Shown here: positions 35,588 through 45,278 of the stretch, piece after piece
Position numbering within the stretch: position 1 is the stretch's first letter
Layout: each line of letters starts with the position of its first letter
The notes under the pieces: generated by a model
Databases searched by the model: none
What the model was told of the DNA's origin: nothing
Seen by the model: only the letters and a program-made list of their open reading frames with translations
NCBI GenBank assembly: GCA_038150505.1
Contig: JAYOTQ010000001.1
Span: 3,538 to 66,647, forward strand
Length of the DNA: 63,110 bases
Source of the DNA: Opitutales bacterium
GTDB taxonomy: Bacteria; Verrucomicrobiota; Verrucomicrobiia; Opitutales; Seribacteraceae
Reading direction: 5' to 3'
Position numbers and translations under genes: made by a program

Positions 35588-38500
35588 ATGAAGTCAATAC
35601 TGCATCAGTCAAAAGTTCTTGTAACCAGCTTGCTCGCACTGACCGCTTGCGAACCGTCTTCTCCCCCTGCTCTTTCCACTCCAACACAGTCATCCACTAT
35701 GCAAGTTTTGCAAAAAACCTTAGACAACGGATTAACCGTTTACCTTAGCCCTAATGCTGAAGAACCCAGATTTCATGCCGAAATAGTAACCAGGGCAGGA
35801 AGCAAGCACGATCCTTCCACCAACACCGGCTTAGCTCATTATTTGGAGCACCTACTTTTTAAAGGAACCCAATCTTTTGGAACTGAGGATTACAACGCTG
35901 AAGCTCCCCTGCTTACCAAAATCAGTGACCTCTATGAAAAAAGAGCTGCGGAACAAAATGAATCCAAAAGAAGAGAAATTTACCAGGAAATAAACGATCT
36001 TTCCATCGAAGCCTCTTCCTTTGCGATACCAAATGAGATGGACCGGGCATACAGCGATATGGGCGCAAAAGGATTAAATGCTCACACCTGGCATGAAGAG
36101 ACTGTATACAAAGTAAATTTGCCCGCCAATCGCCTTGAGCATTGGGCCAAAATGGAAAGCGAACGCTTTGCCCAGCCCGTTTTTCGTCTTTTTCACACTG
36201 AACTAGAAACCGTTTATGAAGAAAAAAACCGGGCGATTGATAATAAGCACCGTCTCATCTATCGTGCGGTCAACAATCTCCTTTTTAAAGTCCATCCTTA
36301 TGGCCAGCAATCTACGCTCGGTACAGTGGAACACCTCAAAAACCCATCCATCTATGCCATCGAGGATTTTTATGCCACTCACTATGTTCCTGAAAATATG
36401 GCCATCTGTTTATCCGGGGATTTAGATCCGGATCAAACTTTTGAAATCATCGAGAAATATTTTTCGGCGTGGAAGAACCCCTCTTCTTTGCGTCCCGAAC
36501 CGAAATGGGAAGAATTACCCCTCAAGGGCCGTGAATTTGTACAGGTAGAATATCTGGGAGAAGAGCAGGTTGTCATTGCGTTTCGTACGGCCCCCCGACA
36601 CCACCAAGATTACCCTGCCCTTCGCCTGATCGATATGATTCTCGATAATTCAGTGGCCGGCCTGATCAACCTTGACCTGGTGGATAAGCAAAAAGTTAGA
36701 TCCGCTGGTTGTTACCCTCAAAACATGAATGATTATGGGGCTCACTTCCTTTATGGAGTTCCCAAAAAAGATCAATCATTGAAAGAAGTGGAAGAGCTCT
36801 TGCTCAAGCAAATTGAACGGATTAAAAACGGAGACTTTGATCCTTGGATTCTCAACGCGGTGATCAATGACTTTAAAAAGCGGCAAAAGGAAAATTATGA
36901 GAGAAATGATAAGCGTGTGGAACTCCTCAGGGACACCTTCCTCGCTTTTGTGGACTGGGATGTAACTCGTAATGAAATCGCTGAATTGGAAAAGGTAACC
37001 AAGGAGGATGTCTCACGAATTGCTCAAAAATATTACGGTCAGGATTATGTGGTAGGGTTCCGAATTGATGCCCAGCACGACCTCCCCTCCATCGAGAAGC
37101 CACCCATTGACCCCCTATCCATTGATCCCAATAAAGAATCTGCTTTCATGCAGGAGATCAAAGAATTACCATTTGATCCTTTGCAGCCCAAATTCCTTGA
37201 GGAAAAGAAGGACTTTTCTCTCCATAATATTTCTCCTGGAGTGCGGCTAATCCACGCGTTTAATCCGCTCAACGACTTGTTCAACCTCGAGGTTCGAATG
37301 GAAATGGGCTTTGATCACCAGCCTCTTCTTTCTTTTGCCAAAAGAATGCTGGATCGTGCAGGTGCAGGACCGATGGATTCCGAACAACTGAAAGTTGAGT
37401 GGTACCGCTTGGGTACCGACTTTGCTTTTGGGATTCAGGAACATTTTTCTAACTTTTCCATCAATGGATTAGACGAATATTTTGAGTCTTCCCTTCAGTT
37501 GACTGAAGATCACCTTCTTCACCCCAACTCAACGGATGAAATATGGAACCAGACAAAAAGTATCATTCTTTCGGAACGGGATGATGAGCAAAAAGACCCC
37601 AACTCTCTTACCCATGCCTTGGCTCACTTTCACCGGTACAGTGAAAACTCACGCTATTTAAAAAGGTCTTCAGATGATGAACTCCATCAATCCACTGTCT
37701 CCGCCCTTACGGAGGTTCTTAAGCAAGCCGTTTGCTCCCCTCGTACTGTTCTCTATTTCGGCCCAAGACCACCCAAAGATATTGTATCCATGCTCCAAGG
37801 TTCATTTATCGGCAAAGAGCCCAAGCATCACCCAGAAGCGATCGAGCCAGATCGCTCGATTAACCCTCCCGGCAACCAAGTGTACTTTTTGCACAAGGAG
37901 ATGGCACAGGCTCAAGTAAGGCTGGAGTTTTCTTCAGGCTTGCTTGATGAATCCATCACTCCCTCGGTTCAGTTATTTAATGAATATTTTGGAGGAGGTA
38001 TGGCGGGGTTGGTTTTTCAGGAACTACGGGAAGCAAGAGCCCTGGCTTACTCTGCCTGGGCTAGGTTCTTTACCCCTTCGAGGCAGAATGAAGAAAATGT
38101 TCTCGTCGGATCTATCGGTTGCCAAGCAGATAAAACACTGGATGCTGTTCATGCGTTTATCGCCCTCTTAAAGGACATGCCCCTGAGCCAGAATCGATGG
38201 TCTTCTGCTCAAACATCGCTGCTTAGTACCTACCGAACCAATCCTGTCGCATCCCGGGCCATACCAGGGTTTGTTTATGATGTAGATGGGATGGGCCTTG
38301 AGATGGACCCTCGGGAAACGCGTTACCAAAAATTACAATCTTTGGGAATTAAAGATTTTGAAAATTTTTATTCCGAAAAGATTAAGCCGAGACCTATTCT
38401 TTTCTCCATTGTGGGTGACTCCACTAAAATTGATCTTACTAAACTCGAAAAATTGGGCACTCTGACCAAGGTAGAGGCTAAAGATTTATTTCGTAGGTAG
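35588..38500 (+). CDS. M16 (insulinase/pitrilysin) zinc peptidase lipoprotein
   Basis: Lipobox LTAC; GLAHYLEHLLFKGT (HXXEH), ELETVYEE, FQELREARALAYS. Confidence 0.95.
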   Translation: MKSILHQSKVLVTSLLALTACEPSSPPALSTPTQSSTMQVLQKTLDNGLTVYLSPNAEEPRFHAEIVTRAGSKHDPSTNTGLAHYLEHLLFKGTQSFGTEDYNAEAPLLTKISDLYEKRAAEQNESKRREIYQEINDLSIEASSFAIPNEMDRAYSDMGAKGLNAHTWHEETVYKVNLPANRLEHWAKMESERFAQPVFRLFHTELETVYEEKNRAIDNKHRLIYRAVNNLLFKVHPYGQQSTLGTVEHLKNPSIYAIEDFYATHYVPENMAICLSGDLDPDQTFEIIEKYFSAWKNPSSLRPEPKWEELPLKGREFVQVEYLGEEQVVIAFRTAPRHHQDYPALRLIDMILDNSVAGLINLDLVDKQKVRSAGCYPQNMNDYGAHFLYGVPKKDQSLKEVEELLLKQIERIKNGDFDPWILNAVINDFKKRQKENYERNDKRVELLRDTFLAFVDWDVTRNEIAELEKVTKEDVSRIAQKYYGQDYVVGFRIDAQHDLPSIEKPPIDPLSIDPNKESAFMQEIKELPFDPLQPKFLEEKKDFSLHNISPGVRLIHAFNPLNDLFNLEVRMEMGFDHQPLLSFAKRMLDRAGAGPMDSEQLKVEWYRLGTDFAFGIQEHFSNFSINGLDEYFESSLQLTEDHLLHPNSTDEIWNQTKSIILSERDDEQKDPNSLTHALAHFHRYSENSRYLKRSSDDELHQSTVSALTEVLKQAVCSPRTVLYFGPRPPKDIVSMLQGSFIGKEPKHHPEAIEPDRSINPPGNQVYFLHKEMAQAQVRLEFSSGLLDESITPSVQLFNEYFGGGMAGLVFQELREARALAYSAWARFFTPSRQNEENVLVGSIGCQADKTLDAVHAFIALLKDMPLSQNRWSSAQTSLLSTYRTNPVASRAIPGFVYDVDGMGLEMDPRETRYQKLQSLGIKDFENFYSEKIKPRPILFSIVGDSTKIDLTKLEKLGTLTKVEAKDLFRR

Positions 38501-38505
38501 TCGCC

Positions 38506-38994
38506 TTACTGGGCTCCCCTCGGTTGATCAGGAAGCTTTCCGTCGGTTGGAGGAAACATATCAGTGGCGTCCTTTTCGGGCGAAGCCTGAACAGGTTGAT
38601 CAGATACATTGGAGCTTTGGGGGTGGCCGTTATCATCGATCACGGGAAGATCTAATACTTTGCGGAAGAAATTAAAAACTTTGCCACATTCAGTCTTTTT
38701 CTGATCAGGGGTGTTTAATTTTAGAATTAATTTTTCACTTTTTCCAGTAGCCAGATCGGTCATGAAGCAATTGCAACTAGATTGGCTATTCGCACCAGTG
38801 GGAAATTCAGTTACATCAATCATTCCTAAAGGTTGGCTCACATTCTCCTGGTCGATGAGTTCCATCCTCAGAGATACCCGGTTTTTTTCAAAGTTAAACA
38901 TCCTTAGGGTATTTACTCTTTTCTGATCCTCCTGCTTTAGTATGGAGACCATACCAGTACGCAAAGAGTTTACTATTTCAACTGCACGATTCAT
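38506..38994 (-). CDS. Hypothetical protein
   Basis: 162-aa ORF filling the gap; no motif recognised. Confidence 0.6.
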   Translation of the reverse strand: MNRAVEIVNSLRTGMVSILKQEDQKRVNTLRMFNFEKNRVSLRMELIDQENVSQPLGMIDVTEFPTGANSQSSCNCFMTDLATGKSEKLILKLNTPDQKKTECGKVFNFFRKVLDLPVIDDNGHPQSSNVSDQPVQASPEKDATDMFPPTDGKLPDQPRGAQ

Positions 38995-39130
38995 GGGGTC
39001 AGTAAATCATTATAATTATCCTCAATGTAGCAATCGAATTTTCGGAAGCAAAATTATGAAAATCTTGGAAAGATTTCATTATAGTCTAGTCACAAAGTTT
39101 TATCTCATTCATAAATGAGGTTTTATTTTT

Positions 39131-39553
39131 TTGATGCCCACTAAAAATAATGAACCGTACCGTACGATTAAAGAGTACCGCTTGACTTTTAGAATTGATA
39201 ACCGTGCATCGGCTTCCCAGAGGCATTTTTTAGCTTATGATGCCAGAGAAGCCCTCTCTATTTTTGCTAATATCATTTTAAAGTCACTCTTTGAGCGGTC
39301 CATGTACCATGGCAAGAAACCTTTATTAACCGAAGCATTCATTAAGAAACACGATGAATCTTTTTCGAAAGATAAAATCAAAAACACCACCAGTACTACT
39401 GAAACCAGTAACCATGATTTCTCTACCCAAAAGCTAGTTGATGAGTTTATGGAAAGGGTCGAACTGCTCAAAATTGAGGAATACAACCGTTGGGCATCCC
39501 GTTGGTATCCGCTCAAATTACCTCTTGAAGAAGTTACTCAAGAGGAGAGCTAA
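39131..39553 (+). CDS. Hypothetical protein
   Basis: 140-aa AT-rich ORF; C-terminal KIEEYNRWASRW; no family recognised. Confidence 0.6.
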   Translation: MMPTKNNEPYRTIKEYRLTFRIDNRASASQRHFLAYDAREALSIFANIILKSLFERSMYHGKKPLLTEAFIKKHDESFSKDKIKNTTSTTETSNHDFSTQKLVDEFMERVELLKIEEYNRWASRWYPLKLPLEEVTQEES

Positions 39554-39605
39554 AACATGTCCACATGCTTACAAGATTCAGAAATACAAGTAAGTTATAT
39601 CGTAA

Positions 39606-39634
39606 TTGACGCTGTTTCTTCTCTATAATATAAA
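39606..39634 (+). promoter_or_regulatory. Sigma70-like promoter for tRNA-Lys
   Basis: TTGACG (39606-39611), 17-nt spacer, TATAAA (39629-39634), 15 nt before the tRNA. Confidence 0.55.
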
Positions 39635-39649
39635 TATTCGCTTGCTTGC

Positions 39650-39725
39650 GGGTCGGTAGCTCAATCGGTAGAGCAGTGGCCTTTTAAGCCATTGGTTCCG
39701 GGTTCGAGTCCCGGCCGGCCTACCA
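39650..39725 (+). tRNA. tRNA-Lys(TTT)
   Basis: GGGTCGGTAGCTCAATCGGTAGAGCA, anticodon arm GTGGC-CTTTTAA-GCCAT, GGTTCGAGTCC, ends CCTACCA. Confidence 0.97.
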
Positions 39726-39753
39726 AGCGGATATTTTCCCACCCCAAGCAAGA

Positions 39754-41337
39754 TTAAGAATTACTTAAATATTTGGAAGTAATTGTCCTGACTTTTTGCC
39801 AGTCTACTTTACCACTCCCAAGTGTGGGAATAGATGGAACAGTCAGGTAGTCTTTGGGAATCCATAAATTTGGCAATCCTTTGTCCCGGAGCCTCTGGAT
39901 AACATCACGGTGGTTCATATCCAAGGTGCACAACACCATTAGCCTCTCCCCCTTTTTCTCATCCCGTGCTGCCGATACAACCAAGCTTACCTCTACACCC
40001 ATGCTTTTATTGAGCACATCCAGAATTTCCTCCTCTATTTTGGCATGGGGAACCATTTCCCCTCCGATCTTGGAAAACCTCGATACCCTACCCTCAATCC
40101 AAAGAAAGCCATCCCTGTCCACCCTACCCAAATCACCTGTACGGAACCATCCATCAGGGGAGAGAACCCGATTGGATAAATCAACATCCTTCCAATATCC
40201 CTGAAAAACATTGGGTCCCCTAAAACAGAGGACTCCTCCAGTGTCTAAAGTGGTTTCATGCCCATCATCTGGATCCAATACCCTACATTCGATACCATCC
40301 AGCAACCGGCCAACAGATCCTTTTCTTTTTTGATTACCTGGCAAATTAAATGAAATTGCAGGGGAAGTCTCGGTCAGTCCATAACCCTCAAGAAATTGGC
40401 AACCAACTTCCTTTTCCCATTGATCGGACAAAGATATGGGGCTTTTTTCTGCCCCAGACACCACATATTTCACGCTTTGCAGATCATCCTTTTTCGCGGA
40501 TTTTAAATAGCCTCGCAAAAATGTGGGAGTGCCCAAAAGAACCTCAACTTTTTGTTCCCTTACCGCTCTGACACTTAGCTTACTATCCAGGGGGCTGGGA
40601 GTACAAACGAGCACCAAACCACGCAAAGTGGAAAAGATCATACCCAAAGAAAGCCCAAAACTGTGAAACAGGGGAAGGTTAAGGAGGACCCTCGTATTCT
40701 GCTCAAAGAGCTGCAAAGCAAACATTTGTTTACAGTTTGCTCGTATATTGGAGTGGCTCAAAGGTACGCCTTTAGGCTTCCCGGAACTTCCGCTGGTAAA
40801 AAGCATAAGTGCGGTTTCGGAGCCTCCACTTCTTGGCACATTAAAATGAGAGCGTACCCATTTAGGCAGCAACAGCACCCAAACATAGGTTACTAAAATA
40901 AGTCCCCGTTTCGACCGAAATTTTTTCAGAATCTCATCGATCATTATCCCCTTGTCCGACCAGGGAAATTCAGGAAATTTTTTCTTCATCTGAGAAGCCG
41001 TGATCAAAGTTTGTAAACCGATACGATCGATAATCTCTTGGTTGATCTCTTTCCCCAAAGTGAAATTAAGATTAACGGGCACACGACCACTCAAAAATAA
41101 TGCGATATTGGCCAAAACCCCACCCAATCCAGTGGGCAGAACCACCCCTACAAATTTCTCGCTCCCCAGTCTTTTATTCAAGTATGAGCACAGAAGCAGG
41201 GAAAGGCTCAGGGTGATTCCGCGGCTGAACTTCTTGGTTTGGGGCAGACCATAATCGCAAATAAATTCCCTAAATGGAGATTTTCTTAGGGAATCAAAAA
41301 GGTTACTCCCCAAATGGCTATGTTGTGGAAAGGGCAC
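39754..41337 (-). CDS. AMP-binding acyl-ACP synthetase domain (Aas C-terminal-like)
   Basis: FTSGSSGKPKG, LPLFHSFG, EGYGLTETSP, TGDLG, RFSKIGGEMVP, GSGKVD. Confidence 0.88.
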   Translation of the reverse strand: MPFPQHSHLGSNLFDSLRKSPFREFICDYGLPQTKKFSRGITLSLSLLLCSYLNKRLGSEKFVGVVLPTGLGGVLANIALFLSGRVPVNLNFTLGKEINQEIIDRIGLQTLITASQMKKKFPEFPWSDKGIMIDEILKKFRSKRGLILVTYVWVLLLPKWVRSHFNVPRSGGSETALMLFTSGSSGKPKGVPLSHSNIRANCKQMFALQLFEQNTRVLLNLPLFHSFGLSLGMIFSTLRGLVLVCTPSPLDSKLSVRAVREQKVEVLLGTPTFLRGYLKSAKKDDLQSVKYVVSGAEKSPISLSDQWEKEVGCQFLEGYGLTETSPAISFNLPGNQKRKGSVGRLLDGIECRVLDPDDGHETTLDTGGVLCFRGPNVFQGYWKDVDLSNRVLSPDGWFRTGDLGRVDRDGFLWIEGRVSRFSKIGGEMVPHAKIEEEILDVLNKSMGVEVSLVVSAARDEKKGERLMVLCTLDMNHRDVIQRLRDKGLPNLWIPKDYLTVPSIPTLGSGKVDWQKVRTITSKYLSNS

Positions 41338-41485
41338 AAGAAAACTCTAGGACAAAGGAATTGGAATTGCCAACCAGATTGAGGGTGAGAGGCAGTTTCT
41401 TATCGAGGAAAAGGCTTGGTAACTATCCCTTGCACCCTTCTGCTCGAAGTACTATTTATAAACGAGCATCAATTTTTTTATAAAT

Positions 41486-43072
41486 ATGGGAGAGAATAAT
41501 ATTTTGATTTACGATACTACCCTTCGGGATGGTTCTCAGGCCGAGGGCGTATCGTTCACGGTCGCATCCAAACTCAGGGTTGCGCAAAAGCTCGATCAGT
41601 TTGGTGTCGATTACATTGAGGGCGGATGGCCTGGGAGCAACCCTCGAGACATGGCTTTTTTTGAACAAGCTGTAGACTTAACCCTCTCCCATGCTAAGAT
41701 TGCTGCTTTTGGCTCTACCCGCCGGGCCAACACCCCAGTGGAAGAGGATGCTCAGGTTAAGTTGCTTCTGGATGCAAACACTCCAGTTGTTACCATTTTT
41801 GGGAAATCGTGGCTTTTGCATGTGACCGATGTGTTGAGGACGACTCCCGAAGAAAACCTGCAAATGATTGAGGACACAGTACGGTTCCTCAAAGAGATGG
41901 GCAAAGAAGTGGTCTATGATGCGGAACATTTTTTTGATGGATTTCAGGATAACCAGGACTATGCCATGTCCACCCTCGAAGCAGCTGCTCGTGGAGGTGC
42001 AGACTTTCTCACCCTTTGCGAAACCAATGGCGGACAATTGGTTACTCCATTTCATCATGCAACCAAAACGGTGGTCGAGCATTTTCCTGAATCCAAAATT
42101 GGGGTGCATTGCCACAATGATGCCGGAGTAGGTGTCGCGGTAAGCCTAACCGGCGTGGAAGCAGGAGCGGTGATGATCCAGGGCACAATGAATGGCTATG
42201 GCGAAAGGAATGGCAATGCCAACCTCACCACCATCATTCCCAACCTGGAACTGAAAATGAATAGGAATACCCATTGTGGGCAAAACCTATCCAAGCTCAG
42301 AGACCTTTCCCTGTTCATTGACGACTCCACCAACCTAAGGCCAGATATTCGTGCCCCTTATGTGGGTGCAGCTTCCTTTGCTCACAAAGGAGGAGTTCAT
42401 GCAGATGCGGCTTCCAAATCTACCCGCAGTTACGAACATATTGACCCTGCCACCGTGGGCAACCGTACCCGTGTGCTGGTGTCGGATATGTCTGGACGAA
42501 GCAGCATCATGCTCAAAGCCAAAGAAATGGGCATGGAAGTAGATGGAAGATCTCCAGAAATGAAATCGTTTTTGGAAGAGCTGAAAGCTCTCGAATTTCG
42601 TGGATATGAATTCGAATCGGCCGATGCTTCCTTTGATCTTCTTCTTCGCCGTTTCCTTCGCGGAGAGGATTTAGCCTTTGATATTCTTAAGTACCATGTG
42701 GGCGTGGAAGGCGTAAACCAGGACGATGATGTAACTTCGGAAGCATCAGTGAAACTTCGGATTAAAGATGAGGTTCATCATGTCGTTGCCGAAGGGAATG
42801 GGCCAGTTTCTGCACTTGATCATGCTCTTAGAAAAGCATTGGTGAAGGATTACCCTTACATTGCTGAGGTAAAACTAGTTGATTTCAAGGTTCGTATTCT
42901 TGAAAGCAACCAAGGCACCGATGCGATTACCCGGGTCCATGTGGAGTCCACCGATGGTATCTCGACCTGGGGCACCGTGGGTGTCAGTGATAATGTAATC
43001 ACTGCAAGCTGGGAAGCCCTGGTTGATTCGGTTACCTACAAAATACTGCTCGAATCAGAATCTAAGTCATAG
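41486..43072 (+). CDS. cimA: Citramalate synthase
   Basis: YDTTLRDGSQAEG, EGGWPGSNP, YDAEHFFDG, HCHND, GYGERNGNA, FAHKGGVH; C-terminal regulatory domain. Confidence 0.92.
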   Translation: MGENNILIYDTTLRDGSQAEGVSFTVASKLRVAQKLDQFGVDYIEGGWPGSNPRDMAFFEQAVDLTLSHAKIAAFGSTRRANTPVEEDAQVKLLLDANTPVVTIFGKSWLLHVTDVLRTTPEENLQMIEDTVRFLKEMGKEVVYDAEHFFDGFQDNQDYAMSTLEAAARGGADFLTLCETNGGQLVTPFHHATKTVVEHFPESKIGVHCHNDAGVGVAVSLTGVEAGAVMIQGTMNGYGERNGNANLTTIIPNLELKMNRNTHCGQNLSKLRDLSLFIDDSTNLRPDIRAPYVGAASFAHKGGVHADAASKSTRSYEHIDPATVGNRTRVLVSDMSGRSSIMLKAKEMGMEVDGRSPEMKSFLEELKALEFRGYEFESADASFDLLLRRFLRGEDLAFDILKYHVGVEGVNQDDDVTSEASVKLRIKDEVHHVVAEGNGPVSALDHALRKALVKDYPYIAEVKLVDFKVRILESNQGTDAITRVHVESTDGISTWGTVGVSDNVITASWEALVDSVTYKILLESESKS

Positions 43073-43854
43073 GCCACTACCCGTGGCCCAGTTGGTTTCC
43101 AAACGGAAGCGTTCGTGTTCCGAAACCATATTTCTACAGGAAGGCCCAAGTTGGCGGCCAAATGCCCCGGTCCAGAATCGTTCCCAAGGTAATGGGGGGC
43201 GTGGCATAGCAATTGATTTTTAAAATTCAAAACAGTCCCGGGCTGAATGATATTGACCCTGTGATCCTGGCAAACCTGATTTGCCTTAAACATTTCCAAG
43301 ACTTTTGAGTCTGCTTCACCAAAAGAAAAAAATACTTTCCGATCTGATTGCTCCCCCAGCCATTGATAGGCTCGGGAAATAAAATTTTCCAAGGGTAAAT
43401 TTTTGCAGGATGCACCGCTACCTGGATGGACCCATAGTGTATCATTTTCACTTTTAAAATAATTTCCCAAAATTGGATCTGTCTTATAATTTGGAGCTAA
43501 ATCCCAGCCTAATTTCTCAGAAGCCTGTACGAGAAAGCTCCCGCCTTCCACTGGGCGGGGGTTCAGCCCCACGGCTTTGTTCGCACCCGCTTCGAGCATT
43601 TCCTCAGACCACTTTTGGTCCGTCCAAAAACTTACCACCATGGCATCCTTAATTTTGGGCGGTGCAGATCCATTCAGTTCATCGATCTCTCTTTTTTCCA
43701 ACCAGTTCCAATCCTGACCTAATAATTTTAAATAGCTCCCTCTGGCATAAAGCCTTACCCGGTTGCCGCGTTCATGGGCTAGTTTGATCAGGGGGAGGGT
43801 TAGGATAAAGTCACCCAAGCCCCCACCTCGCAAAAAAACGATTTCAGGATTCAT
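43036..43854 (-). CDS. Glycosyltransferase family 9 (heptosyltransferase-like)
   Basis: RGGGLGDFILTLP, HPGSG, GNDSGPGHLAA. Confidence 0.88.
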   Translation of the reverse strand: MNPEIVFLRGGGLGDFILTLPLIKLAHERGNRVRLYARGSYLKLLGQDWNWLEKREIDELNGSAPPKIKDAMVVSFWTDQKWSEEMLEAGANKAVGLNPRPVEGGSFLVQASEKLGWDLAPNYKTDPILGNYFKSENDTLWVHPGSGASCKNLPLENFISRAYQWLGEQSDRKVFFSFGEADSKVLEMFKANQVCQDHRVNIIQPGTVLNFKNQLLCHAPHYLGNDSGPGHLAANLGLPVEIWFRNTNASVWKPTGPRVVAYDLDSDSSSIL

Positions 43855-43901
43855 TTGGGTAACCCTCGTTTGCTTTGATAATTAAAAACGCTCGCTGGCT
43901 G

Positions 43902-45260
43902 CTATTTTAATTTTTGCTCCATAAAAGAACGAACCTCCGCTGGGTCAACGCTCACATTATATTTTTTGGGAGTACAATTTAGCAAGGCGTCCAAAGTAGG
44001 AGAAGTGGGTCTTCTTAAACCGGCTTGCTCAAAAACCTGAGGAAATTTCGCAGGATGTGCGGTCGCAAGAATTACTGCCTTTTGGTCATGGGCAAGGTTT
44101 TTAAAGGCACAGGCTGTGTGTGGGTCGACCAGGTAGTCGTGTTCTGTCCAAATCTTTTTGATCAATTGGGGAATTTCTTCATCTGTGGTCGATGAACTTG
44201 AAAATCCGGGAATAGAAAATTTCTCAAATGAATACCTTCCTTCGGAGCGAAATTTGGACATCACCTCATTGACATGCTCTGAATTTCCACCAAGAAAATA
44301 AAAGAGCAGACGCTCAAAATTTGACGCCACCTGAATATCCATAGAGGGGGCGAGACTGGGAGAAACTTTGTCCAATGAATATTTCCCTGAGTCAAACAAG
44401 CGGTGCAGGACATCGTTCTGATTGGTTGCCACCCGAAAACCTCCCATCTTGATCCCCATTTTGGTAAGCAACCATCCCGCGAATACATTTCCGAAATTAC
44501 CCGTTGGTACAACAAACTGAGTATCTTCCCGATCACATGGAGCAAGCCTTAGCCAGGCATAAAGATAATAAACTGACTGTGCCAATATCCTGGCCAAATT
44601 GATTGAGTTTACCGCAGAAAGTCCTATCGATTCCCGAAAAGAGAGATCACCAAACAAATCCTTTACTGTTTTTTGGGCGTCATCAAAAGTCCCTTCTATC
44701 GCCAGAGGAAAGACATTGTCGGCCCCAGTACAAGTCATCTGTCTTTCCTGTAGCGGAGAGACTTTACCATTTGGATAAAGGATAAATACGGTTACTCCAG
44801 ACTTTCCAAGCAACCCGGAAATTGCCGCAGCTCCCGTATCCCCAGATGTTGCGCCAAGAATACAAAGTGCTTTACCAGTCCTTTTGATTTGCAACTCATA
44901 GAAATTGCCTAGGAGCTGCAAAGCGAAGTCCTTGAAAGCTAAAGTGGGCCCGTGAAAAAGCTCCAAGACCTGCCACCGATCATTGAGACGTACCAGCGGT
45001 GCGATCTCCGGATGAGAAAACCCTGAATAAGCAGAATGGATGGCATCATGTAAGTCCGCATCCTTTAAATCCGTGGCAAAGTACTTAAAAAATTCATGGC
45101 AAAGATCCGGATAAGAAAGGGCAGACCAACTGCCTATCTTGTCTGAAAGATCAGGATAACTTTCAGGAAGGTATAACCCGCCATCCGGTGCGAGACCCTG
45201 AGAAACCGCATCGCAAAAACCTACTGGTTCTGCACCTCCACGCGTACTGAGGTACTGCAT
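43902..45260 (-). CDS. thrC: Threonine synthase
   Basis: YLSTRG, GLAPDGGLY, ELFHGPTLAFKD, ATSGDTG, VPTGNFGN, TAHPAKF. Confidence 0.97.
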   Translation of the reverse strand: MQYLSTRGGAEPVGFCDAVSQGLAPDGGLYLPESYPDLSDKIGSWSALSYPDLCHEFFKYFATDLKDADLHDAIHSAYSGFSHPEIAPLVRLNDRWQVLELFHGPTLAFKDFALQLLGNFYELQIKRTGKALCILGATSGDTGAAAISGLLGKSGVTVFILYPNGKVSPLQERQMTCTGADNVFPLAIEGTFDDAQKTVKDLFGDLSFRESIGLSAVNSINLARILAQSVYYLYAWLRLAPCDREDTQFVVPTGNFGNVFAGWLLTKMGIKMGGFRVATNQNDVLHRLFDSGKYSLDKVSPSLAPSMDIQVASNFERLLFYFLGGNSEHVNEVMSKFRSEGRYSFEKFSIPGFSSSSTTDEEIPQLIKKIWTEHDYLVDPHTACAFKNLAHDQKAVILATAHPAKFPQVFEQAGLRRPTSPTLDALLNCTPKKYNVSVDPAEVRSFMEQKLK

Positions 45261-45278
45261 TGCAAAAGAAGCTCGTCT

